Positions 63,481 to 64,000 of a stretch of 64,000 bases of DNA are shown piece by piece. Every line of letters begins with the position of its first letter. Positions within the stretch are counted from its first letter, which is position 1. The notes under the pieces were generated by a model, which was given only the letters and a program-made list of their open reading frames with translations, was not told where the DNA came from and did not search any database. Made by a program: the position numbers and the translations under genes. The DNA comes from Vicinamibacterales bacterium. Lineage in GTDB: Bacteria > Acidobacteriota > Vicinamibacteria > Vicinamibacterales > UBA2999. Location of the stretch: contig CAXNKG010000012.1 of NCBI GenBank assembly GCA_964202965.1, positions 228 through 64,227 on the forward strand, written 5' to 3'.

Positions 63481-64000
63481 TCAACGGTCGGACGCGTGCG
63501 CACGCGCGTAATCGTCCGGCGTGTTGACGTTGACGAGCAACCGGCCATCGGCATTGAACGGCGCCAGCTCATCGGCTCCGAGCTCGCGTACCGTGAGGGG
63601 GGCGAGCGCATCCCCTACGCGCAGCGCTCCCGCGTCGATGCGCGCCCGGAAATGCGGGGCCGTCCGGCGGCGATACGAGGCGCACAGGGGATGACGGCCG
63701 CGATCGTCGGCCGGCACCGCGACATCGACGTCCGCGCCCTGCGCGGCCAGATACGCGAGGAACGGCGCCGTCAGGAACGGCATGTCACATCCAATCACGA
63801 TGACCTGCTCCGTGGGCGCGTCCATCAGCGCCGTATAAATGCCGCCAAGCGCCCCCGCCCCGTCCACGCGATCGATGACCACGTCGACATCCTGGCCGAT
63901 ATCGCGCAACCCGACGCGCGATCGGTCGCTCGTGACGATCAGGATATGCGGGGTCAGCGCTCGCAGCAGGGACACCTGCCGATCGAGGATCGAGGCGGAA
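63481..64000 (-). CDS. mobA: Molybdenum cofactor guanylyltransferase MobA-like (5' end outside the window)
   Basis: The frame stays open to the window edge (..SASILDRQVSLLRAL..). IVIGCDMPFLTAPFL and PLCASYRR are MobA-like. Confidence 0.6.
   Translation of the reverse strand, partial: SASILDRQVSLLRALTPHILIVTSDRSRVGLRDIGQDVDVVIDRVDGAGALGGIYTALMDAPTEQVIVIGCDMPFLTAPFLAYLAAQGADVDVAVPADDRGRHPLCASYRRRTAPHFRARIDAGALRVGDALAPLTVRELGADELAPFNADGRLLVNVNTPDDYARAHASDR

Noticed and set aside
1-64000. Mobile elements, prophage, defence systems (RM, TA, CBASS, retron and similar), rRNA or tRNA genes
   Set aside because: I recognised no integrase, transposase, reverse transcriptase, nuclease/helicase defence signatures, terminal inverted repeats flanking genes, or tRNA-like T-arm motifs. 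The only candidate foreign DNA is the small 35.7-37.7 kb islet, which lacks mobility genes.

Overview
High-G+C bacterial chromosomal segment, most likely Acidobacteriota: it has a TIGR03436-type VWFA-related acidobacterial-domain protein, a duplicated orphan FtsX permease and many PQQ-like beta-propeller paralogs. Almost all of it is coding, and many genes are joined by 1-4 nt stop/start overlaps. I saw no rRNA, tRNA, CRISPR array, transposase, integrase or recognisable phage or defence genes. All family names come from motif recognition by eye; no searches were run.

Gene content, left to right:
- 1-10.8 kb: a seven-gene translationally coupled MoxR/DUF58/VWA (Bat-like) operon that ends in a legumain (C13)-like gene whose catalytic Cys is replaced by Thr.
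- A small zinc-ribbon protein and a LeuA-family synthase.
- Minus-strand block pstS-pstC-pstA-pstB-phoU-yacG-gltA-M28 peptidase. The 59-aa yacG is missing from the ORF track. A candidate Pho box lies upstream of pstS.
- ppx, transcribed divergently from CHAD-sixA.
- A coupled lipid-kinase / 1113-aa duplicated FtsX permease / beta-propeller trio.
- Assorted metabolic genes and a small lower-G+C islet (NTF2-like, RidA, DinB).
- 37.7-47.1 kb: five PQQ-like beta-propeller genes surrounding a TonB-dependent receptor.
- Acyl-CoA dehydrogenase, the acidobacterial VWA protein, a DinB-like gene with no canonical start codon, and gdh.
- Split methylmalonyl-CoA mutase, valS, nadC, birA, an RNA methyltransferase, a C26 amidotransferase, argS and partial mobA.

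Most notable non-genic structure:
- A heptanucleotide-periodic repeat family (GTCAAAA)n...(TTTTGAC)n forms long hairpins that exactly fill two intergenic gaps. GC-shifted relatives sit inside argS and inside a signal-peptide coding region.
- A TGTAGG(C/G)CGGGT hairpin family lies on stop codons.
- Three divergent gene pairs are separated by only 20-28 bp that consist essentially of two -10 hexamers, which implies leaderless mRNAs on both sides.

The best candidates for an uncharacterised system are the beta-propeller/TonB-receptor locus and the extended Bat-like operon.
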